A DNA stretch of 64,000 nt, taken from contig NC_086109.1 of NCBI RefSeq assembly GCF_963921235.1, positions 20,214,001-20,278,000 on the forward strand. The letters run 5' to 3'. This document shows, one piece after another, positions 62,081-64,000 of this stretch. A program made the translations under genes and the position numbers. Position 1 is the stretch's first letter. Every line of letters starts with the position of its first letter. The stretch is from Mobula hypostoma. Lineage: Eukaryota. The notes under the pieces were generated by a model, which was not told where the DNA came from, did not search any database, and saw nothing but the letters and a program-made list of their open reading frames with translations.

Positions 62081-64000
62081 CTGCAACAGGAATAGATTTT
62101 GTAAGTCTATGAACTGTTTGCTATTGGCCATCTTTCACATTTGACACAACATGCATTGGAATTTATTGGATGTGGTATTGAACCGATATTGGTAATGTAG
62201 TGCATCTTATCCTAATTGTAAAGGTGAGGAATTATCTGGGGAGGTTTGTGGTCTGGGCCAATTGAAAATGTCAGGTGTGGGGTGCAGTTTGAGGGGGGGA
62301 TGAGAATGATGGTTCTGAAGGAGAGGAGGTGATGCGCAGGATCTATATTGAGGTATGAGGATATAACTTATAAAATGTGGTTCTTCTGGGTATGCAAATA
62401 ACAGGACAACATTCCAAAAGGAGTCAAGAACAGGAAATGGCATCATGGAAATCATGTTGGATGGTAGAGTGCTTCACAAATGGAATTGCCCAGTCGAGTG
62501 TTAGAGTGAAATGCAATTGTGTTTCCTTCCAAAAAAAAGCAACAGCAGTATGCATCTGTACTTCAAGGCCGGACATTTTATTAAAAGTAAATGGCCATGA
62601 TTGCAGCTGAAGTTATGTGCTTTGCCTAATGATGCCGCCATGATGTGCCGCACTCAAGGCACACCCATATCATCATGTCATTCTTTTTCCTTAATGCTGA
62701 GTTTCACAAAACACGGACTGAAAGCAAATACCCATTGGTTGTTTCGTTTAAGCCCGTTAACTGGTTGGCGTCAGGGTGTTGCAAGCTGTTTCACTCCCTG
62801 TAAGTACAATAGACAAAAGGTTAACCAAATGAAAGGTGGGCCTCTAAAACTTCCACCAAGAGCTCATCATCTCTTAGCTCTATGTTCTTCTTGACAGTCA
62901 ACCGGACTCCAGCCAGCATTTACCTGAACACCAAACTCTACTGTCTGTCCCCAATGCATTCATGGAACTGTATCATTCTAAATTCTCTTAACCACACAAC
63001 CGTTTAAACTGAGAACAAGTTATTTATTTATTGAAGTGAAAATATTAGTTTCCTCTTTCCAAACCCCAAGAATAATCATGAACACCTCAGGATATTTATC
63101 AGACTACCTCCAGGTCTGCTGAAATATGACTCCCATCCACATTCCAATACCAATAATCAATGTGTCTAATGTTTTTTCTCTGAAGGAGTTAATTGACACT
63201 TAGGTAGTTCAAAACATTAAGGTTGTCAGTGATCCCTCCCATCTGTCCAATAATCTCTTTGACCCTGTACCATCAGGCAGGAGGTACTGTAGCATTAGGA
63301 CAAGAACTGTTAGGGTGGGAAATAACTTCTTCCACCCGACCGTAAGAATACTGAAATCCCTGCCACCACCTAGCTCTCATCATGTATGAAGCAGCTGTAT
63401 TGTTAAACTGTTTACTTTTTAATTTGTATCATATATATCAATAGTCAATAGTCCATTTAATATGAAAGAATGTATACAATATAGAGCCTGAAGCTCTTGT
63501 TCTTCGCAGACATCCGCAAAAACATAAGAGCGCCCCAAAGAATGAGTGACAGTAAAAACGTTAGAACTCCAAAACCCCCTACTCCCACCTCCCACACTTA
63601 AGCAACAGCAAAGCAACAACCCTCCCCCCCACGACTTATTTCAGCAAAAAAGCATTTGCACCCTCCACCCACCAAGCAAGCACTAGCAAGGCCCCCAAGA
63701 AAGACCATGATCTGCATTACAACATATCACAGTCCCTCTCTCTCTCACTAAGTTTTTTTTATTTGTTCACTTATTTGTGACAATATTACTTTATGTGTTA
63801 TGTGTGTGAGTTACAGTATATGGACTGTGTTGTGCACCTTGGACCAGAGGAAAATTGTCTTGTTTGGTAGTATACATATGTGTGGTTGAATGACAATAAA
63901 CTTGAACTTCAACTAAGTCCTGTCAGATGCCTTGGGTTGTTTCCTCTTTTGATGCCAATATATAAATGGAAACTATTTTTATCCCTCAAGACTGTCAAAT

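Noticed and set aside
61851..62131. Poly-Gln (minus) and poly-Cys (plus) ORFs
   Set aside because: These are alternative frames. The splice sites support the Thr-rich frame of exon 62080-61952.

Overview
This is repeat-dense vertebrate DNA. The repeat repertoire (CR1/HER1-like LINEs, V-SINE/HE1-like SINEs, Rex1/Babar, Penelope-like elements) suggests a cartilaginous fish, probably a ray; this is an inference. Most ORF-track entries are decayed retroelement fragments or spurious. The main result is a pol-less Gypsy-type LTR element (10964-14451, minus strand) with paired ~200-bp LTRs, a 5-bp TSD, a tRNA-Leu PBS and a PPT. Its gag runs in one frame into three captured host coding fragments that I recognise from memory as RABEP1, SH3KBP1/CD2AP and SLU7. 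Other highlights: (1) about a dozen Penelope-like termini carrying minimal hammerhead ribozymes from two families, often as inverted hairpin pairs with TSDs; (2) a young 5'-complete, 3'-truncated L1 whose TSD and poly(A) polarity indicate extreme twin-priming inversion; (3) a tRNA-Thr/CR1 chimeric retrocopy; (4) a near-full-length CR1 with an esterase ORF1; (5) a phase-consistent chain of eight small minus-strand exons, not called as a gene by the ORF track, encoding an unrecognised mucin-stalk single-pass membrane protein. All homology calls come from recall and by-eye alignment; no searches were run.
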